The notes under the pieces: generated by a model
The model's database searches: none
Seen by the model: only the letters and a program-made list of their open reading frames with translations
Told to the model about the DNA's origin: nothing
Source of the DNA: Alphaproteobacteria bacterium
Lineage (GTDB): Bacteria > Pseudomonadota > Alphaproteobacteria > CBCXTS01
Assembly (NCBI GenBank): GCA_965178085.1
Contig: CBCXTS010000026.1
Location: forward strand, 18,109-82,108
Direction: 5' to 3'
Length of the DNA: 64,000 nt
Translations under genes and position numbers: made by a program
In this document: positions 18,073 through 29,177 of the stretch, one piece after another
Position numbering within the stretch: position 1 is the stretch's first letter
Layout of the letters: each line of letters opens with the position of its first letter

Positions 18073-18669
18073 TTATAGTAAGTTATTTTGTCCAAAGCGA
18101 ATTTTTTGCCAATCATCGTCAAGAACACTATAGCTTGAATGGTCTTGCCATTTTCCGCATATGCGTAATGCTTTGCGCGCTGTGCCTTCAAAAATAAAGC
18201 CATTCTTTTCTAGTACCTTGATGCTTGCTAAATTGTCTCTCATGCATAAGGCTTGTATGCGCTTAAGTTGCAATTGATGGAATGCATAATCCAATACAAG
18301 CCCAACAGCCTTAGTCATATAGCCTTTTTTAGTGTGTGTAGTACCAGTCCAATAACCGATCTGGGCGTTTTCACAAATGCCGTAACGAATGTTAGAAAGG
18401 CCAATTCCGCCTATCAATTTAGGATTGCGAATATCAAAAATCAGAAAATATTCTCCACGATTGGACTGTTTTAACATGCGGTTTCTTTTTAAAAAAGCAT
18501 AATACCAGCTACGCGTTAAATGGTCATCGCTCCATTGGGCCTCATAAGGCTTAATCTCATTTTGAGATTGCTCACGTAGTGCTTGCCATTTGTTAAAATC
18601 ACGCCGCTCTGGAGGGCGTAGCATGACGACATGATCATATAAAGTATGGTTTTTTTGTTGCCAAAACAT
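18073..18669 (-). CDS. GNAT-family N-acetyltransferase (RimJ/RimL-like)
   Basis: Acetyl-CoA binding pattern Q/R-x-x-G-x-G/A region (TKKGYMTKAVGLVLDYAF), about 198 aa. Confidence 0.7.
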   Translation of the reverse strand: MFWQQKNHTLYDHVVMLRPPERRDFNKWQALREQSQNEIKPYEAQWSDDHLTRSWYYAFLKRNRMLKQSNRGEYFLIFDIRNPKLIGGIGLSNIRYGICENAQIGYWTGTTHTKKGYMTKAVGLVLDYAFHQLQLKRIQALCMRDNLASIKVLEKNGFIFEGTARKALRICGKWQDHSSYSVLDDDWQKIRFGQNNLL

Positions 18670-18693
18670 CGCAAGCCTAATGTTAATAAAGGA

Positions 18694-20061
18694 TTATACG
18701 CAAGGAGCACGGTGTGCCCAACCAATTTGGGCTGCACAATCAAGGCATTGCTCAAGGGCTACTTTGGGGCCAATAACAGCAAGTGCTGGAGGGAGGGTAT
18801 CAAGCTTACAAAACCATTGATTGATCATCTGTGTGGTAATGTTTTCTAGGTGGTCTAATATAAAGCCATGATCATGCATTTGTTGATGGACAAGCATTTG
18901 CCTTGCCCATATGCCTGTACGGTTTTCATAAGATTCTAGATTAAATAGAAAACCAGCCTTATAGACTTGTTTTGCTCGATTAAGTTCTTGCAATTGGATC
19001 CCATCAAGTTTTAACTTATCTAATGTTTGCTTAATAGCATGGATGATTTTGTTGGCGTTAGATAGCGCAGTACCAGCGTATATCGTAACACTAGACACAT
19101 CAAGATATGATTGTAAACTTGCACAGATGCTATAGGCAAGAGCGCGTTCTTCACGGATTTCTTGAAACAATCTTGAAGCCATACCACCTCCTAAAATTTC
19201 AACGCCAAGTAATGCAATCATTGCTTGAGTGATGTCTTGTCCATCATAATATTTGTCATGGAAACCAAGCATTAAATGTATTTGCTCGGTATCGATTGCT
19301 TGAGATTTGCACCTTGGGATAAATGGCGCTTTGGTGTAGCTAGATGTAGTTTTGGTAAGGTTTTTAGAAGTGTCTTGTACAACACAAGAGTGGTGCAAAA
19401 ACAATGTGGAAAGATCGCTCATTTCTGCAACGCTTAGCCCACCAGTCATGGACAATACCATATTGGAACATTGATAGTAGCGTTGATGAAACTCTTGCAA
19501 AGTCTGTTGGTTGATGTTGGTGATGCTTTCAAGCGTGCCTAAAATGGGATATGCAAGCATATTATCTCCATATGCTGCGCGACAATACAAGTCTGATACT
19601 CGATCATCAGGTTGATCAGCAGAGCCTGTGATTTCTTGTTTGATTACTTTTCGCTCTTGCTCAATATCTTCAATCTCAAGGCGGGGCAGCAAAACAAGAT
19701 CGCTTAGTACTTGAAAAGCAAGATGAGCATCTTTGCATAATACTTGAACTTCATAGCAAGTTAATTCTTGCGATGTCCATGCGTTGATAGATCCGCCGAC
19801 ATTTTCAATCGTTTCAACTTGCTCTTTAGCGCTATAATGTTTGCTGCCTTTAAACGCCATATGCTCTAGAAAATGGGCAGTGCCGTTGATATCAGGGTGT
19901 TCATGGCGAGAACCTGCTTTGACATAGCATTGTAGAGTAAATGTTTGTATTTGTGCAATGCAATCGCAAATGATGGATAGTTCTTGCGTGCTGTTGGTTG
20001 CTTTGAGTGTTTTAATAATAGGAGTTCTTGCAAGGTTTTCTGATAGCATGGATATCAACAA
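18694..20061 (-). CDS. M16-family zinc peptidase (insulinase/processing-protease-like)
   Basis: Inverted zincin motif HFLEHMAFKGS ... E; about 455 aa; conserved adjacency to thrC in Rhizobiales. Confidence 0.8.
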   Translation of the reverse strand: MLISMLSENLARTPIIKTLKATNSTQELSIICDCIAQIQTFTLQCYVKAGSRHEHPDINGTAHFLEHMAFKGSKHYSAKEQVETIENVGGSINAWTSQELTCYEVQVLCKDAHLAFQVLSDLVLLPRLEIEDIEQERKVIKQEITGSADQPDDRVSDLYCRAAYGDNMLAYPILGTLESITNINQQTLQEFHQRYYQCSNMVLSMTGGLSVAEMSDLSTLFLHHSCVVQDTSKNLTKTTSSYTKAPFIPRCKSQAIDTEQIHLMLGFHDKYYDGQDITQAMIALLGVEILGGGMASRLFQEIREERALAYSICASLQSYLDVSSVTIYAGTALSNANKIIHAIKQTLDKLKLDGIQLQELNRAKQVYKAGFLFNLESYENRTGIWARQMLVHQQMHDHGFILDHLENITTQMINQWFCKLDTLPPALAVIGPKVALEQCLDCAAQIGWAHRAPCV

Positions 20062-21474
20062 TCAAGAAATGGATGTTTGATTGATATCAAGCAATATTTG
20101 CTTGAGAGTGTCTTGGTTGGCTTTGATTTGCGTGACGCGCTCTGGCTTGCTTTCAATGTTATGGAATATCTTGGGCCGTTCTGCTTCAAAGCCAATGGCT
20201 TTATAGACACAATCTGCAAATTTTGCAGGGTGTGCTGTGGCTAATACAACCAAAGGATGGTTAAGAGGTTTGGGTAAGTTTTGTGCTGCAAACATACCTA
20301 CAGCAGTGTGTGGATCTAAAATATATTGTGTTTGCTGATAAGTATGATTAATTTGTGCTAACGTATCTTGATCGCTTGCTTTGCAAGCTAGAAAAATCTC
20401 TGTTAATGCTTGCCAATCTTTAGTAGGCACATTCATACTGCCCGAGTTGCGTAAAGATTGAATTTGTTTGTTTGTTTGTTGTGCATTGCGCCCAAGAACA
20501 GAGTATAAAAGGCGCTCAAAATTACTTGATATTTGAATGTCCATACTAGGCGATAGGCTTGGTTTGACGGCTTGAACAGACATATCATTATGGTGAAAAA
20601 ATCGCGTGAGAATATCGTTATGGTTAGAAGCAACAACAAGATGGGGAATGTTTAACCCCATGCTACGGGCTAACCACCCAGCAAAGACATTACCAAAATT
20701 GCCACTTGGTACAACAAAACTCACAGGCCTTTCGGGTGCGCCAAGACGCAATGCGGCCCAAAAATAATATATAATTTGAGCCAGAATACGACCCCAGTTA
20801 ATAGAATTGACGGCACCAAGCTTTAATTGGTCACGCAAGGTGTCGTCATTAAACATTGCTTTGACAAGATCTTGACAATCGTCAAAACTGCCTTCTACGG
20901 CAATGTTATGAACATTTTTATCCAACACACTTGTCATTTGTGCACGTTGAAAATCAGATACGCGCCCTGCAGGGTGCAACATGCAAATCTGGATGTGCTC
21001 ATGACCTTTGAAAGCATGGATAGCAGCAGAGCCTGTATCGCCTGATGTTGCTCCAACAATGACCATTTTGCGATTACGCTTTGCTAAAAGATCTTCTAAT
21101 AAACCTGCAAGCATTTGCATGCCGAAATCTTTAAAAGCAAGCGTAGGTCCATGAAAAAGCTCTAACATCCAAATATCACGATCAAGATGTGTTAAGGGCG
21201 CAAGAGAGCGATGAGAAAAGCTCTTGGAAGCATGTTGCATAATAGAAAGAGGTAAGTCTTGTGGAAAATGCTTGCCTAAAAAAGGCTGTAATATTTTTGC
21301 AGAAAGCTCTCCATAATTAAGTTGGCGCATGGCTATTAAGGCTTGCTTAGAAAAATGTGGCAATTGTTGAGGAACGTAAAGGCCACCATCGCGTGCTAAT
21401 CCATTGAGCAAAACGCTAGAAAGATCCAGATTATGTTCACCACCTCTGGTGCTTTCATATGTGATTTCATGCAA
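20062..21474 (-). CDS. thrC: Threonine synthase
   Basis: About 470 aa PLP enzyme with long-form ThrC N-terminus (HEITYESTRGG), Lys-PLP region and typical length. Confidence 0.85.
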   Translation of the reverse strand: MHEITYESTRGGEHNLDLSSVLLNGLARDGGLYVPQQLPHFSKQALIAMRQLNYGELSAKILQPFLGKHFPQDLPLSIMQHASKSFSHRSLAPLTHLDRDIWMLELFHGPTLAFKDFGMQMLAGLLEDLLAKRNRKMVIVGATSGDTGSAAIHAFKGHEHIQICMLHPAGRVSDFQRAQMTSVLDKNVHNIAVEGSFDDCQDLVKAMFNDDTLRDQLKLGAVNSINWGRILAQIIYYFWAALRLGAPERPVSFVVPSGNFGNVFAGWLARSMGLNIPHLVVASNHNDILTRFFHHNDMSVQAVKPSLSPSMDIQISSNFERLLYSVLGRNAQQTNKQIQSLRNSGSMNVPTKDWQALTEIFLACKASDQDTLAQINHTYQQTQYILDPHTAVGMFAAQNLPKPLNHPLVVLATAHPAKFADCVYKAIGFEAERPKIFHNIESKPERVTQIKANQDTLKQILLDINQTSIS

Positions 21475-21539
21475 TGGCTGTTACTCCTTTTCAAAGCACA
21501 TTTTGATTAATGAACCATGATAGATATTGTTGTTTGACA

Positions 21540-22511
21540 TTACAGTAATTTTGTTCCTGGTGACATAGAAAATCCATTTAAAAAATCTTTGGCAGGCAAA
21601 ATAGGTTTTCCCGGGTTTTGTAATTTTGTTATACTGATATAACCATCAGCGCATGCGACATTAAGATGCATAGGATGAGAATTTAAAATAGTCCCTGGGG
21701 GCATTGGTGATGGTGAGGATATGTCCTTATACGAGCATGCAGTTGCCTCATGGACCAATATATGCTTGCCTTGATAATCAAAATATAATGCCCGTCTTGC
21801 TTGTAAAGCGCGATATTGGGCCATAATTTGAAGAGCTGTTTGTTGCCAGTTAAGTTTTGCATCTGCGCGGGTTATTTTGGATGCATAGCAAGCCAATTGA
21901 TCCTGTTGAGGCGATAGCTTTATATCTTTATCTAAATATGGCTGTAGATTTTTACTAAATAGTTGCAAAGATAACTTGCTCAAACGTTGGGATAATTCAT
22001 CTGCTGTTTCATGATCATCAATGGGAGTTGTTAGTTGATCAATAACAGGACCAGTATCTAAGCCTTGATCCATCTTCATTAAGCTTACGCCAGTTGTTGG
22101 ATCATTTGCCATGATTGCTCTTTCAATAGGTGCTGCACCTCTCCAGCGTGGTAAGATAGACGCATGAAGATTGATGCAACCATGGACAGGCAATAACAGC
22201 ATTTTTTGAGGCAGTAAAAGTCCATATGCAATAACAATTGCCAAATCTGGCTTGCATGTTTTGATTTGTTGTAAAGCGGCTTCATCAAGCTTGATGGGGT
22301 TATATATTGGCAAATTAAGAGAGCGAGCAAGGGTTTCAACAGGAGTTGGTTTGAGTGCTAATTTATTGCGCCCTACCGGCCTTGGAGGTTGCGTCCAAAC
22401 ACCAATAATGTTGTAGGATTTTAGTGATAAAAACTCTAAAATGGGAAGAGCAAAATCAGCAGATCCCATGAACATGATGCGTGCAAGCTTTTGTGGTGTT
22501 TTTACATTCAT
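21540..22511 (-). CDS. fmt: Methionyl-tRNA formyltransferase; start placed at internal Met (MNVKTPQKLARIMFMGSADFA..), giving a 4-nt overlap with the upstream gene
   Basis: MFMGSADFALPIL, HASILPRWRGAAPI and C-terminal tRNA-binding domain are textbook Fmt. Confidence 0.85.
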   Translation of the reverse strand: MNVKTPQKLARIMFMGSADFALPILEFLSLKSYNIIGVWTQPPRPVGRNKLALKPTPVETLARSLNLPIYNPIKLDEAALQQIKTCKPDLAIVIAYGLLLPQKMLLLPVHGCINLHASILPRWRGAAPIERAIMANDPTTGVSLMKMDQGLDTGPVIDQLTTPIDDHETADELSQRLSKLSLQLFSKNLQPYLDKDIKLSPQQDQLACYASKITRADAKLNWQQTALQIMAQYRALQARRALYFDYQGKHILVHEATACSYKDISSPSPMPPGTILNSHPMHLNVACADGYISITKLQNPGKPILPAKDFLNGFSMSPGTKLL

Positions 22512-23908
22512 TTTGAAAAACGATTTTGATATAAGCCAAATAATAATACAACTGCCGATCCTGCAATCCATACATGGAACCAACTTGTCCAGAAAGAGTA
22601 ACTAATGACCCATGCGCACAACGCTGCACCCGTGAATGCTGCACTGGTAAGAGCTTGGGGCTTAGGTAAGCTCAATATTTTAATCAACCACGCGCTAATA
22701 AAAACACAAAATGTAATCACACCAAACCATCCAGTTTCTAGCCATAGCTCTAAGACAATGTTATGGGGATGCAATGGCATTGCTTCTTCGGCGTGTAAAA
22801 AGAAGAGATTATCGGAGGCACTGTGACCTAGAAGTTCTGCAGTGTAATGTTTTGTATAAAAATAAAATTGATCGATTGCAATGAAACGAGAATTTCCTGC
22901 TCCAATACCAATCAAAGATAATAAGTCAGATGATTGAAGGGCTGTAGCCCAAATAGATTCTCTGTGTTGATCAATCAATGGCAAAAAATCAGCACTATCG
23001 CTAATAAGAGGCCATCCATTTAAAGATCCAAATGCGTATGTAAGGTATGCTAATATGAACACAGGTATTGAGATCATTATGAAAAAGGTGATGATTGTTT
23101 TAATGATCTGCTTTTGTGCATAGATGCAATACGTATAAATGAGGAGTGCAAAACCACCTGATATGGCTAACAACAATGCTTTTGGCAAGTCTCCATAAGG
23201 ATTGTTTAAGCTGTTGTATAGCGCTAATATGCTATGGATAAGAGTATTATTGATGATGATTAGTAGTAAAAAAGCAATGGAAAAATACAGCCAATAGCGC
23301 ATGCGAGATGTTTGTTTTTGGCATAACATGGCAATGAGTGTTATGCTTATACAAGCTGCAACATTAATAATCGGCTTTCCAAAAAAGAGATTATCCCCAA
23401 TAAAAATAAGCTTGATATAGGCACATATACTAAAGAATAAAATCCAAAAGACATAAATGGATAAAAAGTTTTGCACAAAGAAAGTGTATTGATTGGATGA
23501 TAAAAAATCAATGCGTTTCCATTGATAAATGATCAAAATAGTGCCTAACCCAATAACGATTAAGCGCATTGCCATGTCGATGCTACGTGTGGGCTCAAAA
23601 GCTAAAATCGCTGAAGATAACAGACATAAAATGAAGGCAATAAAACTTAATCCCAAAAGACTGATAGGTTGAATTTTAAAGATTGTCTTAATGGTCAATA
23701 GATAGGAGGAACGCTTAAAATTTGATAAAAACATGGCACAGCAAGCGCTTATGACAGCCAAGGCAAACGAGACAAAAGGACCAGATCGGCCTATTAAACC
23801 AGATGCAGGTACACTTGCAATCATCACCAACATGATGGTTTGATAAAACTCAAACTTTGTTAAGTGAGAGCGCAATATATGCAGAGCATGTGTCAGTTGA
23901 AATGTCAT
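22508..23908 (-). CDS. O-antigen ligase (WaaL/RfaL)-like polytopic membrane protein
   Basis: 466 aa, about 12 TM helices with a large periplasmic loop near C-terminus, typical Wzy_C/O-antigen ligase topology. Confidence 0.55.
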   Translation of the reverse strand: MTFQLTHALHILRSHLTKFEFYQTIMLVMIASVPASGLIGRSGPFVSFALAVISACCAMFLSNFKRSSYLLTIKTIFKIQPISLLGLSFIAFILCLLSSAILAFEPTRSIDMAMRLIVIGLGTILIIYQWKRIDFLSSNQYTFFVQNFLSIYVFWILFFSICAYIKLIFIGDNLFFGKPIINVAACISITLIAMLCQKQTSRMRYWLYFSIAFLLLIIINNTLIHSILALYNSLNNPYGDLPKALLLAISGGFALLIYTYCIYAQKQIIKTIITFFIMISIPVFILAYLTYAFGSLNGWPLISDSADFLPLIDQHRESIWATALQSSDLLSLIGIGAGNSRFIAIDQFYFYTKHYTAELLGHSASDNLFFLHAEEAMPLHPHNIVLELWLETGWFGVITFCVFISAWLIKILSLPKPQALTSAAFTGAALCAWVISYSFWTSWFHVWIAGSAVVLLFGLYQNRFSK

Positions 23909-23970
23909 TTTTAAAAATATAGCAGAGGCAAGAAAAAGTTAAAGTTTCAGAAGGTTTAAAATTCAAATAA

Positions 23971-25476
23971 TCATTTGAATTTTTGAGGCAATCCTAAGCT
24001 ACTCCAAATATCATCTATGCGTTGTTTTGTTTGAGAATCCATTTCTAAGAGGCGACCCCATTCACGGTCTGTTTCGGGTGGCCATTTTGCAGTTGCATCA
24101 AGACCTATTTTAGAGCCTAAACCCTCAACTGGTGATGCAAAGTCAAGGTAATCAATAGGTGTATGTTCAATGATGGTTGTATCGCGCGCAGGATCCATGC
24201 AAGTCGAGATAGCCCAGATTACGTCATTCCAATCACGAACATTAATATGTTCATCTACTATAATAACCCATTTTGTGTAAAGGAATTGGCGCAAATATGA
24301 CCACACCCCCATCATAATACGTTTTGCATGTCCAGGCCATGCTTTGCGTATCGAAACAACAGCAATGCGATAGCTACATGCTTCAGGAGGCAACCAAAAA
24401 TCAACAATCTCTGGAAACTGTTGCTGCAATAGAGGTACAAATACATCATTAAGAGCAGCACCCAATACTGAAGGCTCATCAGGAGGGCGACCTGTGAAGG
24501 TAGATAAATAAATAGGATTTTGGCGCCTTGTGATTGCTGTAATTTCAAAAACAGGAAATTTTTCAACAGAGTTGTAATAGCCAGTATGATCTCCAAATGG
24601 TCCTTCATCAACCATTTCATCAAGCTTGACATATCCTTCTAGTACGATTTCTGCATTGGCAGGAACTTTTAGCTCAACGGTCTTGCAATCAACAAGGTCA
24701 ACAGGTTTTTTTCGAAGTAAGCCAGCAAATTGATATTCGCTCAAAGTGTCGGGAATAGGTGTTACTGCGGCAATGATGGTGCATGGATCACAACCAATGA
24801 CCACTGCTGCGGGCAGGTGCTTTGATGGTGTTTGCTTTTTCCATCGATTAAAATGCTGAGCACCGCCGCGATGCTTTAACCAACGCATTGCAGTATGATT
24901 ACGATCAAGTACTTGCATGCGATAAATGCCGATATTGAAGCGGTCTTGTCTGTTTTGCTTAGGTTGTGGACCTTGTGTAACAACAAGAGGCCATGTAATC
25001 AGTGGTCCAGGCTCGCCTGGCCAGCAATTTTGGATGGGCAGGTTATATAAATTAATATCGCTACCGGTTTCAATAACCTCGTGGACACAAGCCGAGCGTA
25101 CGGTTTTAGCGCGCATGTTTAGTAGGTTTTTAGCTATGGGAAGCATAGAAATTGTTTCTTTGAGGGAGTCTGGTGGATCTGGTTGACGAAGAAAAGCTAG
25201 CATTTCACCTATTTCACGCAAGCCATCATTTGTACAATGCATTGCTTTAGCAACACGCTCTACAGTGCCAAATAAATTAACAAGAACAGGAATGTCGCTG
25301 ATGCTACCATCAGGCATAACAGGTTTTTCAAACAGAATGCATGGTCCATTGTGCGCGAGCAAGCGTGTTTGAATTTCGGTCATTTCAAGGTCAGTTTTGA
25401 TAGGGGTGCTAATGCGATATAGATCGCCATTTTTTTCAAGCATATCTATAAAACTGCGTAAATCTTTATAATACAT
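23971..25476 (-). CDS. ubiD: UbiD-family decarboxylase (4-hydroxy-3-polyprenylbenzoate decarboxylase)
   Basis: About 500 aa, UbiD-family conserved blocks (e.g. [10 protein letters not shown], metal/prFMN-binding E..H..E region). Confidence 0.8.
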   Translation of the reverse strand: MYYKDLRSFIDMLEKNGDLYRISTPIKTDLEMTEIQTRLLAHNGPCILFEKPVMPDGSISDIPVLVNLFGTVERVAKAMHCTNDGLREIGEMLAFLRQPDPPDSLKETISMLPIAKNLLNMRAKTVRSACVHEVIETGSDINLYNLPIQNCWPGEPGPLITWPLVVTQGPQPKQNRQDRFNIGIYRMQVLDRNHTAMRWLKHRGGAQHFNRWKKQTPSKHLPAAVVIGCDPCTIIAAVTPIPDTLSEYQFAGLLRKKPVDLVDCKTVELKVPANAEIVLEGYVKLDEMVDEGPFGDHTGYYNSVEKFPVFEITAITRRQNPIYLSTFTGRPPDEPSVLGAALNDVFVPLLQQQFPEIVDFWLPPEACSYRIAVVSIRKAWPGHAKRIMMGVWSYLRQFLYTKWVIIVDEHINVRDWNDVIWAISTCMDPARDTTIIEHTPIDYLDFASPVEGLGSKIGLDATAKWPPETDREWGRLLEMDSQTKQRIDDIWSSLGLPQKFK

Positions 25477-25647
25477 GGTTGCCTATTTAAAGCGTGATAT
25501 TTTTAACATGAAGTTTGATGGATTGCTCCATGGTTGCATAACTATAAGAATACATCTTTATGACAGTTAAGATATTCATTGCAAGCTATTCATAGCAAGA
25601 TTGGCGTTTGATCCTTAATTGTATGACGATATTTTTGTTTTATATGG

Positions 25648-28434
25648 TTATTCAATAGAGTTGCATCTTTTGGTATGTTGTTGATCAACATATAACGGAG
25701 TTAGGATTGATTGTTGGTTTTGTTGGTTACTTTTAGGGTGTTGTTGTTTGATAGAAAATTGAGGATCTAGCAAATGACCTGATGCATGTATGTTTGTTTG
25801 GATGTTAATTGTTTTGAGGATATTTAAACGATTATGTAAATGAAGGTTTATATTGTTGCCAGGCAGATTGATTGTGCCATGTGCTTTTGCATTAAGATTT
25901 GCGGTGTTAAGTTTTAAAAACTCGATATTGCCAATACCGTCTTTAAAAACTGTACCATATATAAAACAAGTAAGATCTGGTTTTACACCTTTGATTGCGT
26001 TGATAAGGGTTAAAAAACTGTTTACAAAAATTTGCTTGTCTAATAAAGCGCTTAGATTAATAGTTAATGCGCGATCTGCTACATTGATTGATCCGTTTAG
26101 CGTTTGAGCAAAATCATGCCATGAGTTGCCGCGCATTTCTAGGCTAGCATTTCCAGCGATAGCACCACTTAAAACAGGAGGCAGGTTTGCAAGACTTGCA
26201 AAAGGATCAAGCCTAATATTGTCGGTGTTAATTTTTGTTTTGATATCCACAACAGGTTTGGTGTTAGTGTTATTAATGTACTTGATGATCATAGAAGCAT
26301 CTAATGATCCACCAACGCTATCTGCAATACGTAATGATTTGATATTAAGTTTACTATCAAAAAGGTTAGCTTGTAATGTAACTTGACTTAATGCTGCGCT
26401 GTCATTGATTGCTATTTGCTCGCCAACAAAATCAAGTTGGCCATTGACAAGAGATAAGCCATCTAAATGATGGATGCGGCGCTTTGAAAGTGGATGCAAT
26501 TTGTCGGTTTTTGGTTCCAATAGAAGCTCTGCCTGCGTGGGCTTTGTTTGCTTGCTGGGGTGTGTTGTAGAGCTATGTAAGGTTGTTGTTTTATCAGAGC
26601 CTGGCTTTAGTTTTATGACATTAAAATCTAATAGATTAAGTTTTTGAGATGTCAAGCTTGCTGAAATAGAAGGTATAGATTTGCTAATATCAATGGATAT
26701 TTTGCCACCTATATCACTGTCGCCTAGTTCTAGTGAAAAGGGATTTAGATTAACGTCTTGACCAAAACGACCATTGAATGAGAATGCTGTGCTGGTAGGT
26801 TTTGGGTTATAAAATAATGCTTTTGTAAGCGATGAGAATGCGTTTAAATCAGATGATTGAAAATGTACATCACCTTGAAAAAATCCATGTTCCTTCAAAG
26901 ACCCTGCAGATCCCGTAAGGTTTAGCCAGATGTTTGTTTTTTCTTGTCCAATTTCAAGATGGAACATATCAACGCCATAATTGTCGAATGATTTTCCTGA
27001 GCCTGCAATATGTGTATTTAAAGATAGTTTTCCTAGCGGCAATTTTTCAATTTTTTTAGCAAATTTTGGATGATGCCACGTAGCTATTTGCGAAATGATT
27101 TCTTGTGCGTGCAAGGCGTTTGCTTTTAACGCGAAATGCGTATCATTGAGTGTAAAAACATTGCCAGTGGCTGCGCTCATCACAGCATGAAAAGGAGAGC
27201 CTGGCATACCAACTTCAAGCTGCTTTGATTTAAGCGATAAAGGGCTTAAGGAGTCTTTTGTGGCATCACCTTGTAGTTCAAAATCAAGAAATATTTTGCC
27301 AAGTGCAGGTATTGTGGGCAAGCCTAGATTGAAAGCGTCATTCCATTGATTGATATCATCAATTGATTGCATGTTGATCGTGCCAGACAAATTTAACATA
27401 CCAAGTTGGAGTAAATTGCCAATACTACCTTGTAGTTTGCTAACAAGAGGTGATGTTGTATCTCCCAGGATAAAGTCTAAAGTTTGAACAGCAATATTGT
27501 TAGAGTTGTTGTTTGTTAAACCGTTGATGAAATGTGCATTCAGTGATGCCGGTCCTTTAATAGGTACAGCAATGCTTGACATATGAGCCAGCTCTTCAAG
27601 GGCAGATGTCATTAGGTTAAAACGAATATCCAATCCAGAAAGATCAGCAATATTGTCAATGCTACCTTCGATAGTAGCTTTGGTGTTGGCAACATCCATA
27701 CGAAGATTAATAGGCCAACTTTGTGCAAAACCAGGTGCGCCAATGACACCATCGGCGCTAATTTTGTGCCCTTGAAATTGCATATCAAGGTGGGTTTTTA
27801 AGACTCTGTTGTTTGTTTGATCTTGGATAAGGCTTAGTGTTTTTAACTCAAGTGCTTGAGTTAGGCCAAGTTGATGATTAAAAAACTCGATCGTAATGTT
27901 AGAGATATCTACATGATGAAACAAAGGCAAAAAGACTGGTTTTAAATCAGCTATAAGCTGCTCAAAATTTACTCCTAATGTTTGGACATTTTCTTCTAGC
28001 GGTGGTGTTTGCGTTTTAGGAGTTGATGTTTTGGGAGACAAAAAATCAAAATTATGTGCACCAGATTTTGTAGTTTCAAGCAACACATAGACATCTTGTA
28101 TCTCAAGAGAAGAGATATCAATAAGACCTAAAAAAAGACGACTGATATCTAATATAATATTAGCTTTGCCGATGGATAATGCGTTTGGATGATCAGACCA
28201 GCTTGGATTGGCAAATTCGATGTTTTCAAGATATAATTTTGGCTCAAGTGAAAGTTCTAAAGAAAGGTTGCCATTGATTTTAAGAGGACGGTTTGTTTGT
28301 TCATGTACAAATTGCTCTATCTCAGGGCGCCAATTATTCAAATCAAGATTTGTTAAAAATACAACCAAACTTGCCAATGCAACGCTAAGTAGTACAGTGA
28401 AGATTAATAGAGTTTTTAAAAATTTCTTTAGCAT
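25648..28434 (-). CDS. AsmA-family outer-membrane biogenesis protein
   Basis: 928 aa, single N-terminal TM anchor, long beta-rich periplasmic body; AsmA N-terminal pattern. Confidence 0.7.
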   Translation of the reverse strand: MLKKFLKTLLIFTVLLSVALASLVVFLTNLDLNNWRPEIEQFVHEQTNRPLKINGNLSLELSLEPKLYLENIEFANPSWSDHPNALSIGKANIILDISRLFLGLIDISSLEIQDVYVLLETTKSGAHNFDFLSPKTSTPKTQTPPLEENVQTLGVNFEQLIADLKPVFLPLFHHVDISNITIEFFNHQLGLTQALELKTLSLIQDQTNNRVLKTHLDMQFQGHKISADGVIGAPGFAQSWPINLRMDVANTKATIEGSIDNIADLSGLDIRFNLMTSALEELAHMSSIAVPIKGPASLNAHFINGLTNNNSNNIAVQTLDFILGDTTSPLVSKLQGSIGNLLQLGMLNLSGTINMQSIDDINQWNDAFNLGLPTIPALGKIFLDFELQGDATKDSLSPLSLKSKQLEVGMPGSPFHAVMSAATGNVFTLNDTHFALKANALHAQEIISQIATWHHPKFAKKIEKLPLGKLSLNTHIAGSGKSFDNYGVDMFHLEIGQEKTNIWLNLTGSAGSLKEHGFFQGDVHFQSSDLNAFSSLTKALFYNPKPTSTAFSFNGRFGQDVNLNPFSLELGDSDIGGKISIDISKSIPSISASLTSQKLNLLDFNVIKLKPGSDKTTTLHSSTTHPSKQTKPTQAELLLEPKTDKLHPLSKRRIHHLDGLSLVNGQLDFVGEQIAINDSAALSQVTLQANLFDSKLNIKSLRIADSVGGSLDASMIIKYINNTNTKPVVDIKTKINTDNIRLDPFASLANLPPVLSGAIAGNASLEMRGNSWHDFAQTLNGSINVADRALTINLSALLDKQIFVNSFLTLINAIKGVKPDLTCFIYGTVFKDGIGNIEFLKLNTANLNAKAHGTINLPGNNINLHLHNRLNILKTINIQTNIHASGHLLDPQFSIKQQHPKSNQQNQQSILTPLYVDQQHTKRCNSIE

Positions 28435-29114
28435 TGGCTCAATGTTGGATTTTGTTTGTTGGTTAAGTTTTCAATAAATGTAGCAATATCAAACATTTGC
28501 TCAACAACAATGGCAGCACCAGCTTGGTAGAGTTGTGTATTGGTGTGATTGCCCCAAGCAACACCAAGGGCGTGTACATTAGCGTTTGTTGCCATGTGCA
28601 TATCAAATGTTGTATCGCCTATCATGATTGTTTCAGATGCCTTAAAGCAACAGGTATCCATAATATTTTGTAAAATGGTTGGATTGGGTTTGCCAGGTCC
28701 ATCATCTGCTGATTGTGTCATGGTAAAATATTTTTCTATATGATGATGTTGTAATTGGTAATCAAGGCTTTTTCTGCCCATGCCAGTTGCAATAGCAAGT
28801 GTAGAGCCATTTAGGGTTAAATGCTGTAATAAATTTTTAACATTTGGATATAAGGGCGATTGATGATGAGATAAAGATTGTTGAAATGCTCTTGCATGGC
28901 GTGTGTAATGGCTAGATAATATTTCAATAAGGGCTTGATCTCCATCATTGAGCAAGCGACCAATAGCGCTTTGAAGATTAAGACCTATGGTCTGGCGAAT
29001 TTCCTCATCATCAGGGGCCTGTAACTCTTCATCATGAAAAGCCTTTTGCATATGCTTGATAATTGCAAATTGCGAATCTACTAATGTTCCGTCGAAGTCA
29101 AATACTATTAACAA
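28428..29114 (-). CDS. HAD-superfamily hydrolase, subfamily IA (phosphoglycolate phosphatase-like)
   Basis: Motif I FDFDGTLVDS, motif IV GDTTFD. Confidence 0.75.
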   Translation of the reverse strand: MLIVFDFDGTLVDSQFAIIKHMQKAFHDEELQAPDDEEIRQTIGLNLQSAIGRLLNDGDQALIEILSSHYTRHARAFQQSLSHHQSPLYPNVKNLLQHLTLNGSTLAIATGMGRKSLDYQLQHHHIEKYFTMTQSADDGPGKPNPTILQNIMDTCCFKASETIMIGDTTFDMHMATNANVHALGVAWGNHTNTQLYQAGAAIVVEQMFDIATFIENLTNKQNPTLSQC

Positions 29115-29177
29115 TGGGTTTTTTTGGTTGTTGTTGATATAATGATTGATGATGTTGGTTTAAAGCGTGGGTGTTTT

